A stretch of DNA of 64,000 bases from Eledone cirrhosa (GCA_964016885.1 OZ024741.1:60450001-60514000), one strand, 5' to 3'; positions 1 to 15,775 are shown, counted from the stretch's first letter. Numbers and translations: made by a program. The notes: generated by a model from the sequence alone, not told the origin.

Positions 1-266
1 TACTTTCTCATACGTATATTTGATTGTATATGTTTTGGTGTATATTTTATATATTCTGGTACATATGCTTTTGGTTATGTGTATACGTGAGTTTTGCGTC
101 TGTGTGAGTATGCGGGTTCGTACGTATGTAGGGTGTGTGTATATGTGTACTTCGTATTTTGGTTGACGTTCGTCTCCGAACATTTGTGTATTTACATGTA
201 GGTATGTGTGTTCACTTGTTATATACGTATTTATTTATTTATATACGTTTATTTAATTATTTGTAT

Positions 267-299
<33 letters not shown>

Positions 300-462
300 T
301 TTATATGTGCGTGTATTTGTATACCTATGGCGCGTGTTTGCGCGTATGCTTGTGTATGTACGTATTTGGATGCGTGTATGTATTTATTAAATTTCAAATA
401 CCTCTGTATTTTATTTACTTTATTCTTAACTCTGAAGCGGAGAATCATTCGGTTTCCTAGTT

Positions 463-880
463 AGAATTTTAGTCTACAACTTCAGTTATACCGTTTAGGT
501 GGTTTTGTCTTTGCGTGCTATTGTTCTCCACGATCAACATGTGACGTATTATCTTCGTTTTTTCCGTTCATTGCCAGAGAACGTCTCTATGAACCACTCA
601 AGAGAATATTAGTCTACGACTTCTTTTATGCCATAAACGTGGTTCTGTCTTTGCGTGTAATTGTTTTTCACCGCTCCAAATAATGACGTATTATCTTCGT
701 TTTTTCCGTTCATTGCCAGAGAACGTCTCTATGAACCACTCAAGAGAATATTAGTCTACGACTTCTTTTATGCCATAAACGTGGTTCTGTCTTTGCGTGT
801 AATTGTTTTTCACCGCTCCAAATAATGACGTATTATATTCGTTTTCTTCCGTTCTTTGCCAGGGAACGTTTCCACGAACC
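463..880 (+). repeat. Three tandem ~142-bp units, probably in a PLE 3' region
   Basis: AGAATATTAGTCTACGAC...CGTTCATTGCCAGAGAACGTCTCTATGAACC recurs at ~463, 603 and 745; copies 2 and 3 are nearly identical; a hammerhead motif follows at 960. Confidence 0.85.
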
Positions 881-959
881 AAAGTACCGTCTTCCTGTCT
901 TCCTCTGGTTGCAACGTTTATTCAAATATTCACTACTGCGTTTATAGATTGACTTTGTT

Positions 960-1010
960 AGTTTCAGAAGATCCCGTTAAGGGTGAAAGCAGCGATTCTT
1001 TGCTTAAACT
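960..1010 (+). ncRNA. Type I hammerhead ribozyme motif (U4A variant)
   Basis: AGTTT-CAGAAGA-TCCC gttaa GGGT-GAAA-GCA gcgattctt TGC-TT-AAACT; stems I, II and III all pair. Confidence 0.7.
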
Positions 1011-1119
1011 TTAATCTGTTATTTTAATAAATATTTGCTCTACGGTTCTTATATATTTTATATATATTTATCCTTATCGAGCCCTCTTTGGATTTTAGTC
1101 TCCAATTTATTATTATTAC

Positions 1120-1205
<86 letters not shown>

Positions 1206-2564
1206 AATAATATTATTTATACTTATATATACACTATATATAATTATAAACAAGAAAGGTCAGTAATTCATTACCACCAGTAAGAAAAATAACTCAATGT
1301 ATATACACCAGACGTTATACAGAGCCGGAATATAAATTACAGAATAATCAAAACTATGTTCAAATCATTTTATTGCTGACAATTGTTTCTTCCAAACTTT
1401 CGTTTGGAATCATTGGAACGCTAGCCAAGTTTAGACATATAATTTACCTCCTATTCCACAGAACAATCGTAAAGATACATAGATGTTAGTGTTGTCATTA
1501 ACAGTGTCATATTTAAAGAGTGAAGATGATGTGGTCAGTATCAGTGGATGCGACAAAGATTATAAAAGAATAATACAACAATTATAGAGGAATTAAAGAA
1601 CAAAGTTACTCGCAAAACGAGGACATTAGCAGTACATATGCAAGCGTATAGAAAGAGTATAGATGTGTTAGGCATGCACAAAATAACCGGGTAAGAAACA
1701 AACAATGGTACTAAGCATATATATCACAGTATGGCAAAGGTATCACATAATACAATACAGGTATAAGAGCATATTAAGCAGACAGAGGTGCGTGGGTATG
1801 AAAAGCAGTTTCTATGAAGTTTATGGTGGATGTAATGTAATAATTGTTCCGGTAATTTTCAAATGTGCATGTGTTGTAAGTATTAATATCAAGGTTTTCC
1901 TTTCCATTACATTGGTTATATTTTAGTAAATGTTTATCAGTAGTTACAACTATGGATTGTATATTGGTCCTATTACAATCATATCAAGGGTTCGAGTTGT
2001 TCTAGAGTGATCTGTCTAACGGTTTAATTTCAGGAAGTGAATTAAAGATCTATATTAAGGGGAGCTGATGCGAAAGGGGTCGGTAATTGGCGATTAATTT
2101 GTGTATAAGAGAAAAAAATGTATAGTTATTTACAACTCTAATTAGTTAAATTCTATGTGTTAATATACAATATATTATGTTATAAGTGAATTCTTTTATA
2201 TAATGTTATTTATTTTTAAATTTATATATTTAATTTTAAATACAAACTTTTTTCATATAATACCTTAAATGTCTCATTTTATCATTATCTACCCATATAC
2301 TAATTAAATGAATAAAATATTAGTAAGTTATAGTAGTTATATTAAATGGTGGTAACTTTATGTTTATTCCTAATAGTTATTGTAGAGTATAAGATTTGAG
2401 ATAAATAGGAGGTAAGTAGAGGAATGAGCTGATCATAGAATGTGATGCTGTGAGGGTAATTATATGCAGATAAAACCTAGAGGTAAATGGTGGTGAGGAA
2501 TCCAGATCTGACATTATTATATACTAGCAGCTAGGTTTAAAGTTGTGGAAAGAGTGTCGGTGGT

Positions 2565-2783
2565 AGTATTGGCACATGGAAAAAATTTCTGATTTTCTAT
2601 TTAAGAGGTTTAGCTTAGAATAGATTATAGTGCGGGCCTCTAGAAGACAGAGGTTATATAATTTATTCGGTGGTTTATACGATGCGGCCTTATCTATTAC
2701 TTCTCATTGAAGTGTATATAGTCTATTCTTATTTTTCAGAGAGTTTAGGTAGTTAGATAAAAAAGTGGAGTTGGCTAGATTGA
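2565..2783 (-). pseudogene. PLE GIY-YIG endonuclease C-terminal remnant
   Basis: Manual translation NSTFLSNYLNSLKNKNRLYTLQ*EVIDKAASYKPPNKLYNLCLLEARTIIYSKLNLLNRKSEIFSMC aligns by eye with the endonuclease tails at 21978-22322, 30938-31228 and 36460-36830. Confidence 0.85.
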
Positions 2784-2809
2784 GATGTTTGATGTCTAAA
2801 TTTTGCTAG

Positions 2810-2856
2810 TGCTCCGATGATTCCAAACAAAAGTTTGGAAGAAACGATTGTCAGCA
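2810..2856 (+). ncRNA. Minimal type I hammerhead motif (U4C); decayed mirror copy at ~1374-1420 (-)
   Basis: TGCT-CCGATGA-TTCCAAAC aaaa GTTTGGAA-GAAA-CGATTG-TC-AGCA. Confidence 0.75.
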
Positions 2857-2895
2857 ATAAAATGTTTTGAACATAGTTTTGATTATTCTGTAATT

Positions 2896-2978
<83 letters not shown>

Positions 2979-3007
2979 ATTAGAATTGGTGCTCTGAAAT
3001 AGCGATA

Positions 3008-3490
<483 letters not shown>

Positions 3491-3510
3491 ATATATATAT
3501 TTATATATAT

Positions 3511-3676
3511 ACCCTGGTTTCACCTGATTATGGCGCAGCCGATAACGTTGTAAGAACTCAGTGTAGCCAGGTAGATATGGTTTCAGCGAGATTAGATAGT
3601 GGACATTGTAATTGTTGTAGTAGGTGGCCGTCGCATAAAGACCCTCGAAGATTTTACTCAAGATAGAGTCATTTAT
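3511..3676 (-). mobile_element. Short interspersed fragment in (TA)n; diverged copy in opposite orientation at 7601-7762
   Basis: GATAACGTTGTAAGAACTCA...GGTTTCAGCGAGATTAG is found reverse-complemented at 7681-7735. Confidence 0.6.
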
Positions 3677-3707
3677 ATATGTATATATATATGTGTGTGT
3701 GTGTGTG

Positions 3708-4022
3708 TTGAACAATGAATATCAAACAAGAGTCAAAGATATGTTCTTAATTAGCTCATTGATTTACGATCGTTTCAGAGATTTGATTTTGATCATTATA
3801 GATCGATATATCGACTAGCAGTTAGTGGTTATCTCCTTAAGTATGTCTAGTCTTGATGCGATAGATAGGGGATTTGGAGACTAGAAATACGTAGGGACAT
3901 CAAAACCTACCTGCTAGTCGATATATCAATTTACCATGATCAATCAATCCTCTAAAGCAATCGGAAAACAATGAACTAATTAAATACCTATCTTGGACAT
4001 TTGATTTATATCCAATGTTCAA
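3708..4022. mobile_element. Diverged fold-back element (probable PLE termini)
   Basis: 3708-3820 and 3911-4022 are diverged inverted repeats (GATATATCGACTAGCAG / CTGCTAGTCGATATATC); GAAACGATCGTA on the minus strand resembles a hammerhead stem III. Confidence 0.55.
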
Positions 4023-4060
4023 TACACACACACACACATACACACACGCACACGCACACA

Positions 4061-4149
<89 letters not shown>

Positions 4150-4246
4150 ATATATATATATATCGAATGTTATTATATTATTAATATTCGAAAAACTCAG
4201 ATTACATTTATTGTATTCAGCCATGTAGAGCGAAATTTTCTTTTAT

Positions 4247-5464
4247 ACAAAATAATGAAAACACCTTAAAATTTCAAACAAATTTATTTTAATATTGGGT
4301 AGGACCGCCTTTGGCAGTAATTACAGCTTGAATTCTACGAGGTATGAACTCGTACAAAGTTTGAATTGTTTCCAAAGGAATTTTTATCCATTCTTCAGCT
4401 AAAACAGTCTCAAGTTCTTGTATCGATGATGGTTGCAGATATCGACTCCTTACTTGTTTTTCTAAAATACACCATAAATGTTCAATAATATTGAGATCTG
4501 GGGACGGTGGTGGCCAGATAAGATGTTCAACTTCACTAGAATGTTCCTCGTGCCATTCAGTAAGAACTTTAGCTGTATGAATTGGTGCATTATCACTCTG
4601 AAAGATTTCGTTTCCCACCGGAAACAGTTCCGCAACCATAGGATAATTTTGATCAGATAAAATGCTTAAATAGTCTTGACTATTAATTCTGCCATGAAGG
4701 GAAACCATTGGGCCGGCGGATTTCCAAGATATAGCCCCCCAGATCATTACAGATCCTCCTCCATGTTTAACAGTTGGAAGAAGGCAGTCTGGGTCAAATG
4801 CTTCTTTTGGCTGTCTCCACACGTATACTCAGCCGGTGGTCGGAAATAAGGAAAAGAATGACTCGTCCGAGAAAATAACGTTCTTCCACTGCTCTAGGGA
4901 CCAATGTTGTAGGTTTTTACTCCACTCTAAACGCTTTGCAACGTGAAATCCGGCTTTGTGCAGCTCCGAACGAACAGATTTGTGGAAACTGGGTTCTCGA
5001 GGTTGTCATTAAGCTCTGCAGTAATCTTGGGAGCTGTACTTTTGTGATCCTGTCTAACAATTCAAGTAAGAGTCTGACGGTCCCTATCTGAAAGTTTTGG
5101 TTTTCTTCCGGAGTTTGTTTCGACGAGGAGGTTTTTCCCTCTTTCTCAACGGCTGTCATTACTTTCGAGACAGCACTTCTTGATACACCAAACATTTCGG
5201 CTGTTTTCGTTACGCTAGCGCCTGCCATACGAGCACCAACAATTTGAGATCTTTGAAAGTCCGATAGATCTGTAATTTTAATGAATTTTAATTACCTTTT
5301 TCTGATGATATCTGAAAAGAAACAGCAATTTTAACAAAACATATTAAGCAACACTAATAATAAATAAAAAAACATAAAAATAAACAAGCTTTTGACGGTT
5401 TTATAGATATTTCAAAATTATGATGCTATGAATCTAGGTGTTTCCATTATTGTGTCCAACCCTG
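4247..5464 (-). mobile_element. Tc1-family DNA transposon, decayed
   Basis: Right end reads CAGGGTTGGACACAATAATGGAAACACCT on the minus strand, next to TA; left end keeps ACAAAATAATGAAAACACCT but lacks the outer ~9 nt; transposase remnant inside. Confidence 0.92.
4289..5228 (-). pseudogene. Tc1-like DD34E transposase (frameshifted)
   Basis: HTH region GASVTKTAEMFGVSRSAVSKV; catalytic motifs VIFSDES (~4860-4880), TVKHGGGSVMIWG, FQSDNAPIH, WPPPSPDLNIIEHLW. Confidence 0.93.
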
Positions 5465-5486
5465 TATATATGTGTGTATATATATA

Positions 5487-6510
5487 AAAGAAGACTTCGC
5501 TCTACATGGCTGAATACAATAAAAGTAATCTGAGTTTTTCAAATATTAATAATAACATTCGATTTGTTTGCAATTATGCAAACAAGCCTCAATTTTATAG
5601 CGATGTCAGTAGAATGAACAGTTTATTCTTGCTCTTATGTTGGCATACCGATCACTCACTGTGTATTTTTGAAAATAGCATATATTTTCACTAGCTCTGA
5701 CAGTTTGGCAGGTTAACAGTGAGCTGTACTGATGAAGGGTGATTCCCCAAAACATTAGTATCTGCAGTTCTGTTCGCATGCCAACATAAGAGCAAGGATG
5801 AAGTGTTCATTCTACTGACATGGCTATAAAATTGAGGCTTGTTTGCATAATTGGAAACAAATCCAGTGGATTGACAGTAGCGGTAGAGGGTCGGACGCCA
5901 TGCTTTCCAGCATAGTTACGTCTCTTTGCGGTCTGAGTTCAAATCCCGCCGAGGTTAACTTTGCCTTTCATCCTTACGGAGTCGATAAAATAAAGTACCA
6001 GTAATGTACTGGTAATTGATGGCCTTGTGCCAAAAGTAGAAACAATTATTAATATTTGAAAAACTCAGATTACATTTATTGTATTCAGCCATGTAGAGCG
6101 AAATTTTCTTTTTTATTTGAATTTGGCAAAGCCGGCTATTTATCGCTCGTATACAGGAAACTGACTGGCCAGTCTGCTGATATGCAAATCTGGCTGATCA
6201 GTGGATCTGCTAATATGCAGATCTGACTGATCAGCCAGTCTGCTAATATGCAAATCAGGTCGATCAGTCACTGTGTATTTTTGAAAATAGCATATATTTT
6301 CACTAACTCTGACAGTTTGGCAGGTGAACAGTGAGCGGTACTGTGAAGGGTGATACCCAGAAACAGTGTCTGTAGTTCTGTTCGCATGCCAACACAAGAG
6401 CAAGAATGAAGTGTTCTTTCTACTGACATGGCTATAAAATTGAGGCTTGTTTGCATAATTGCAAACAAATCGAATGTTATTATTAACATTCGAAAAACTC
6501 AGATTACATA
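5487..6510 (+). mobile_element. PLE pseudo-LTR cluster: inverted copy (5487-5648) plus two tandem copies (5650-6112, 6258-6510) with decayed hammerheads at 5722-5769 and ~6334-6377
   Basis: Shared blocks CTCAGATTACATTTATTGTATTCAGCCATGTAGAGCGAAA (also 4162-4246) and GCTATAAAATTGAGGCTTGTTTGCATAATTG; AGCTGTA-CTGATGA-AGGG..CCCC-AAAA-CATTAGTA-TC-TGCAGTT with G12 lost. Confidence 0.8.
5865..6050 (+). mobile_element. tRNA-derived SINE (Meta-domain-like core) inserted in a PLE repeat
   Basis: A-box-like TGACAGTAGCGG, B-box GAGTTCAAATC, core GCCTTTCATCCTTACGGAGTCGATAAAATAAAGTACCAG; the host repeat resumes after it. Confidence 0.85.
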
Positions 6511-6527
6511 TATATATATAGATATAT

Positions 6528-7515
6528 ATATAAAATCAAGGTCTAGCAAATAGAGAAAAAGTTTTAAAATAAATTTAAAAAAATTCCCTGTACTTACTAT
6601 ATGTGCCTTTACCGCGGTTTCAAGCTCCAGAATATACAGAAAATCCAAGTGGACTTCCATTGAGAATGGGTCTATCTTCAGAAGGCTCTTCTCACTCGGA
6701 GAATATAAAATTCCCGAGTGCAAATCACAAACTGACGCCATACAAAACCATTCCCAAATGAGACCGAATGATGGAAGAAATAATTCTGTCTGGACAGGTC
6801 TGGACAGGTCAATGTCCTGCCACTAGAAATACCAGCAGTCCAAACGGCCAACATTTTATCTATTCCTTAGGGGGAGATCAATATTAATAATGTATGAATT
6901 CCTACGTGTAAAATATACATATAGGGAAACAAGTATTATTCAACCGTATTCAAGTATTATTCAACCGTATTCAAGTATTATTCAACCGTATGCCAATGTG
7001 GTTCTATGGCGGGTTAATAAATTAACAAGCCAGAACATATAAAATCAAGGTCTAGCAAATAGAGAAAAAGTTTTAAAATAAATTTTTTTAAATGTACATT
7101 GACCTGTCCACTCTGCCTTTTGTCTTTGCACACGGCACCAGACAGAATTATTTCTTTCATCATTCGCTCTCATTTGAGCATGGTTTTGTATGACGTCAGT
7201 TTGTGATTTGAACTCGGAAATTTTATATTCTCCGAGTGAGAAGCGCCTTCTGAAGATAGCTCCCTTTTCAATGGAAGTCCACGTGGATTTTCCGTTTATT
7301 CTGGAGCTTGAAACCGCGGTAAAGGCACATATAGTAAGTACAGCGAATTTTTAAAAATTTATTTTAATACTTTTTCTCTATTTGCTAGACCTTGATTTTA
7401 TATGTTCTGGCTTGTTAATTTATTAACCCGCCATAGAACCACACTGGCATCCGGTTCGATAATACTTGTTTCCCTATATGTATTTTTTACACGTAGGAAT
7501 TCATACTTTATTATT
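6528..7515. mobile_element. Complex inverted PLE terminus arrangement carrying two mirror-image hammerheads
   Basis: 6528-6792 is the reverse complement of ~7137-7400; ~6886-7090 is the reverse complement of ~7345-7515; bounded by (TA)n. Confidence 0.85.
7245..7326 (+). ncRNA. Type I hammerhead motif with palindromic stem III; mirror copy 6605-6686 (-)
   Basis: GCCTT-CTGAAGA-tAGCTCC...GGAGCTt-GAAA-CCGCGG-TA-AAGGC. Confidence 0.88.
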
Positions 7516-7523
7516 ATTATTAT

Positions 7524-7601
<78 letters not shown>

Positions 7602-7759
7602 ATTGACTGGAGCTTGAGTAGAATCTTCGAAGGTTCATTATAAGACGAGTGCCTACTACAAATTCTACAGTGCTCACCGCCTAATCTCGCTGAAACCATC
7701 TCTACAATGCTACATTGAGTTCTTACAACGTTATCAGCCGCACCATAAACAGGTGGAAA

Positions 7760-7800
<41 letters not shown>

Positions 7801-8359
7801 TTTCACGCTCGCACAAACGTATACATATAGACACACACACACACACATATATGTACACACATTCATAGGTACATATATATCTTCAATTTAGAGATAAATT
7901 GATGGAGAGTTAAGCACATGTTTATGTCTGAAGAGTTAAGAATTATGTGAGTACGTGGTTTGATGTTTTCTTTAAGCATCACAAATCACCGTTCCTATGC
8001 TATCCAAATTATTCATGTCACATTTAATAGTAATAAATGTGATTCCTCTACTGATATTCACAAAGACAAAAACAAAAAATATTAAAAAATAACATTTAAT
8101 CTACAGCACTTGAGACATATAAATTAACTTCAGAAATATATTGCGTTGCAAGAACTCATTTTAAATGCCGAAACAAAATTATTTCGATATCAAATCAATC
8201 TGCAGCGATATTTTAACATTTCTTTGACACCATTTATGAAATATTTTTACTTCATAATAACGATTGCGTCCATACATTTACATATTTGTATAAGAATACA
8301 TTCATATATGCAACACAGACATGCATATGCTTATGTATATATATATATATATCCTTATG

Positions 8360-8399
<40 letters not shown>

Positions 8400-8434
8400 A
8401 ATACATTCATATATGCAACATACATATGTATATG

Positions 8435-8501
<67 letters not shown>

Positions 8502-8545
8502 ATATATATGTTTGTGTGTGTATGGTGTGTGAATGCATATTTATG

Positions 8546-8631
<86 letters not shown>

Positions 8632-8938
8632 TGTGAGTGTATGTGGAGGTGTGCGTGATTGTGGGTGCATGTGTGTGTAGATAGGTTTTCGTATATAGAA
8701 ATAATAACTAAAAAGGAATGATACATTTTTTGCAGCGTTAGTATTTGTGATCATTATTAATTCCCATGATGTCGTAAACGTTATATAAATATAATTCCTA
8801 CCAGGCACATTGTTAAATTGCCGCCTTACTTTTACATTTAATTTGAGCTTTTACATTATATATATATATACAAAGTGGTAACAACAATTTACTGCAAGTG
8901 TTTCGCAAAGATTAGAGAATATTATCTTTCTTAGTTGG

Positions 8939-8976
<38 letters not shown>

Positions 8977-9010
8977 CCTCTCTCTCTCTCTCTCTCCCCT
9001 CTCTCTATCT

Positions 9011-9057
<47 letters not shown>

Positions 9058-9074
9058 ATATAAATGTATATATA

Positions 9075-9215
9075 TATAACGAAGCAAATGTAAGGAACCA
9101 GATGGACCATAACGCACCAGAGTACTCAATACTTAGGGTAGTAGAATGGGTAATAGGAAAAAGTAGGACCCCGACGGCAGAGCTCATTTCGTTTTGACGG
9201 CTATTTCTGGAGTAT
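9075..9215 (-). mobile_element. PLE 3'-terminal fragment (family of 32370-32520; related pieces at ~11550-11620, 44124-44250 and its duplicates)
   Basis: AAGGAACCAGATGGACCATAACGCACCAGAGTACTCAATACTT matches the reverse complement of 32459-32503. Confidence 0.8.
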
Positions 9216-9224
9216 ACATGTATA

Positions 9225-11040
<1,816 letters not shown>

Positions 11041-12219
11041 CACACACAATTCATATACTTGTATACAACCACCACACTGTAGTAGAATTCCACTGTATTA
11101 TTGGCGTGATGACATGAATATATAAATACATAATTTGCAAATACTTTAGAACTTTTAGTAGAACCCTCACTCTAATAAATATATAAAAATGTCGGTGCTC
11201 GTTGTATTACTTCAATGTTTTGCCTTTAATATACATACATATGTATATATGGATATGGTTTTCAAACAATTCCATTGGCAATTGCTATACAGCGACTACG
11301 TCTTCCATTTATACCTATTATCATTTCATAATAGACACACAAACATATGTTAAATCCATTAAATTCTATTAACTCCTCTCGCCGAAGTCTATTTTTCTCT
11401 TGGTGCCATGCTTGCTTATATTATATACATCGTTGTCTCTTCTGAGAGTCGGTTTAATCGCCGACCACACAAATATGAAGCAGGTTGTACTGTGTTGCAT
11501 GGTACCAGTAGCAGGCAAAAGCCTGACATGACCATATATATATATTTATATAAAAGGGTCAGGACCCCGACAGCTAGATCCGGTATGTTCCACCTGGTTT
11601 CTTACCACACTTTCTTTGTCATATATATAATATGTGTGTGTGTGTATGTGTGTGTGTATGTGTGTGTATGTGTGTGTGTGTATGCGTGTGTGTGTGCGTC
11701 TGTGTGTGTGTGTTTGTCGGCATGTATATATATGATGGCTGCCCCCTCGTTATCGGGTATGGCCATTGCACGATGTAACATTATTAATAATTATCAATTA
11801 ATGCTATCGTACAATGCTTGTGCGTGAAGATATTTTTTAAAGTGATGAAATACTGTGCACTGAGCCAATCCCACTCTCTGAGCGACAGTAGCTGTAATTC
11901 GAAAAGAAGAAAAGATCAACATTATCGGTAATTACTGAGCCGCAGGTTTTATATCGTAGTTATCCCAGTTTCCTGAGTTGCCTTCTCCTAGAAGAATGCC
12001 CTGCCAAAGGCTAGGGTCCTTCACTCCCAGTGGTTTAACCTCGCGATCGTGTATTTAGTCCGATTATTTTTATGTCCCTGCGCATATACATACATATGCA
12101 TACACATATACATACATACACACATACATACATGCATACATACATACATACATTTTGAACTTAAAACGATAAGTTCTTGTTTTTTGGGGGATATGTCAAT
12201 ATTTTTAAAACAACTTTTG

Positions 12220-12280
12220 TATTTTATCTGATGAGAGCGTACCAAAATGTTGGTACCCTTGAAATATATATAATAAAATA
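12220..12280 (+). ncRNA. Type I hammerhead motif (family also at 25484 and 55966)
   Basis: TATTTTAT-CTGATGA-GAGcGTACCA aaatgt TGGTACcCTT-GAAA-TATATA-TA-ATAAAATA; perfect 8-bp stem I. Confidence 0.88.
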
Positions 12281-12400
12281 AATATGGTTTGATAAAGATA
12301 GTTTCCATGTATTAATATCATTGATATTATACTCCAGAAGAAACTTTGAATCTGTTATAAATACATTTGTTGAATAACGAACAAATTAAATATCTCTTTG

Positions 12401-12463
<63 letters not shown>

Positions 12464-12464
12464 G

Positions 12465-13112
12465 AATCCTGAAGGCGCGCTGTTTAATAGTTAGAGTGTG
12501 CGGCTTAAGGTCATGTGCAAGAATCCCGTTGACGTGTCGAGTTCTGCTACAAGGCACCTGACTTCACATTCTTTCGGCAAGCCCAGCTGGCAAAAATGAG
12601 TTGTTTCTATTATTCATAGAGCCACATTGTCACAAACTGTGTCACACTGAATATTGCCAAGAAATTTTCTAAGATTACACCTTTCTCTGGAATGCTCAGC
12701 CATTTGCAATATAAGACTAAATAGACCATTAGTGGTGGATTGGCAGTATCGGTAGAGGGTCTGACGCCATGCTTTGCAGCAAAGAGTTACGGCCCTTTAT
12801 AGTCTGAGTTCAAATCCCACCGAGGTTAACTTTGCCTTTCATCCTTACGGGGTCGATAAAATAAAGTACCAGTAATACACTGGGATAATTTCTGGCCTTG
12901 TACCAAAAGTAGAAACAATTATTCAAAGACCCAGTCTTGTCAAACATATTGTTACGCTGAATCGCTGAATCTCACTGAGAACTACGTTAAGAGTGTAGAT
13001 GCCGGTGGAATTGAATACCCAGCTACTGGCACATTAATTTCATGTGCATGCAATTCTTGTTGATCAAACCACTAAAACAAGAAACACTCATCGTCGGAAC
13101 CGACGGAGGCCC
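12465..13112 (+). mobile_element. Old SINE-like repeat(s) interrupted by a younger tRNA-SINE at 12731-12923
   Basis: Young SINE has TGGCAGTATCGG and GAGTTCAAATC boxes; flanks carry TTGTCACA..GTGTCAC.CTGAAT..C..GAGAACTACGTTAAG...ACCGACGGAG, also seen diverged at ~14500-14815, ~39560-39670 (-), ~54100-54355 and ~55240-55400 (-). Confidence 0.65.
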
Positions 13113-13155
<43 letters not shown>

Positions 13156-13389
13156 ATCCTGGTATGCGATTGCCTTTGATCATTTTCTGCAACGATCAAC
13201 ATATGAAGATTTACTACAGCATTCATTGTTGTTGTTGTTGTTGTTTTTATTTAAACAATTAGATTCATAGATTTCTTTGAACACTTTATATTTGCTGTTT
13301 TCAAATAGTAGAGCAGAGCACTAAAAAGACGGCCTGTTATGCTTGAAGGAATTACTGGACACATTGTGTGCAGATGGCGGATCAAAATA

Positions 13390-13431
<42 letters not shown>

Positions 13432-13547
13432 GTATGTATTTTTATATATATATATACATATATATACAATTTTGTTCCGCCATCTGAACATATATGTATA
13501 TATGTGTGTGTGGGTGTGTGTGTGTGTGTATGTATATATATATATAT

Positions 13548-13627
<80 letters not shown>

Positions 13628-14880
13628 AGAAGAAGGCAATGGTCTGTGTACTTATATGTTCATATTAACTATAGAATCAGTAAACCAATAATTACAATGT
13701 AGAAGAAAATAAAACAATTGTCCAGAATTCTGTCTCGATAATTATTGTCTAGTGAGTCTTCACATCCTTCCCACTGTCTTGCAGTGACCGGATCAAATTG
13801 CTATGTCAGTTGTGCTAAGATGTGTTAATATAAGTAATATGAGGACGCCAAAATGGCGGGCGGGGCCCTGAAGAATCACATGAAATATATGCGCAATGGA
13901 GTGTGCATGAACTTATATCTAATTATTACGACAAGATAAAACAGTTTGTAATTAACAAACCTGATTCAGTTTCTGAGGAAATGAAGTTAACACATGCGAA
14001 GACTCGAATGACAAAAGTAGAAATCATACTTATAACACACATACATTATATATATATATATATATACATATGTGTGTGCGTTTGTGTGTGTGTGTGTGTT
14101 TGTGTGTGTGTATGTGTGCGTGTGTGTATGTGTGTGTATATGTTTTTGTGCGTGCATATACAAATATATTCTTTTACTAGTTTTAGTCAATTCGACTGCG
14201 ACCCTCCTGAATGTGTGCGTGTGTATAGCACAATTTTATAGAAAAGCAAATGTTCCACTAGCACACTACATCAAACTGTGCTGTGCTGTATGCATCCAAT
14301 AATTACCATTTGCACTATCAAAGACTGAATCTTTATAAGTAGACAGCAGATATATAATTAAACATATTTCATTTCTAATTACATAGTCAACTTACTTTAC
14401 TCTTATTCCATTACGTTCCACTCTAAACCTCTCGTTTGCGACCGCTGCTGATTTCTGTCATTTTCTTATCTATATAGCATGTTCTGAACACATATGTGTT
14501 GATGGTTAAGAAGTGAGCTTCGCAATCATTAGGATCCGGGTTCGAACGCGTGGTCCGGATCTTCGGCAAATGTCATTTACCATAACCTTTGGTTTACTTA
14601 TGCCATGTGCATGAATCTGAGTAGTGGAACTATTTGGAATTCCGCCAGTTCAATGATAAACGTAATTCAAAGAGGCAGCCTTCTAACACGCTCAGTTACG
14701 CTGTATCCCGATAAGAATTATGTTATGAGTAGATGCGTCTGAGGAATGCTCATTCATATACCTGTTAATTTCTTAAAGAACTGGAACACTCATTATCGAA
14801 ACTGACGGAGGTCCATTCCTTCCTTCTATGAAGATATATGGAAATATACACATACATCAATATATTTGAAGGTATATATT

Positions 14881-14938
<58 letters not shown>

Positions 14939-15209
14939 AAGGTATATATTATGTATATGTATTGCTTTTTGCAATGATAGTGTAACTTTCAGTAATACAA
15001 TTTTAAGAATGACAATTTCTGTGCTGCTTTAAACCCCACCTCCATTCAGAAACTATATAACAATTTAACAAAATGATTTCATCGATTTGAGTAGGATTTA
15101 GTTATATATTTCATATATATTTTATCTGAGAGAACATCGTTCTGATAAAATGACCAGTGAAGCTCATGGGTATATTTATCTATAATTGCGGAGTGTTGAA
15201 GTGTTTGTC

Positions 15210-15258
<49 letters not shown>

Positions 15259-15280
15259 CATATATATATGCATATATATA

Positions 15281-15343
<63 letters not shown>

Positions 15344-15775
15344 TGGCTGACAACTCGTTTTCGAGTACGGCCACTACTTTATATCCATGTAGGAGAACCC
15401 CTACTGATGCGCTAAACGAGTGTGACTTTTCAGTCCAGCCAGCGACTTGAAAACTCTGGTACAAACACTACGCTTGTGACAATTATTGACACATAGTGCT
15501 GGGCCCATGGTACCATGTGACGACAAGTGCAGAGAGATCTCCAGATATAAAGCAATGCCTGTGCCGTGAAGCTTTTATAGTGAGCAAAGGCACTGCACAA
15601 AGCCAGTTCCACTCTCTTAACCAAGATGATATTTACCAAAAAGAAGAACAAGTCAACATCATTGGATACCATCAGAGTTGCAGGTGTTATATCAGAGTTT
15701 TCCTTCTCCTAGAATTCTGCCTTGACATATATATATATATACATATATATATATACATATATGTATATATATATA

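Larger units (their letters stand above)
1330..2900 (-). mobile_element. 5'-truncated Penelope-like element with inverted pseudo-LTR copy
   Basis: 1330-1440 and ~2790-2900 are inverted repeats, each with a hammerhead motif; GIY-YIG C-terminal remnant on the minus strand inside; (TA)n nearby on both sides. Confidence 0.85.

Noticed and set aside
463-880. CRISPR-like array
   Set aside because: Whole 142-bp units are repeated with no unique spacers, in a eukaryotic retroelement context
13862-14020. CTGAAGA..GAAA at ~13868 and CTGAGGA..GAAG at ~13973 as hammerheads
   Set aside because: No consistent stem I or NUH site; at best heavily decayed
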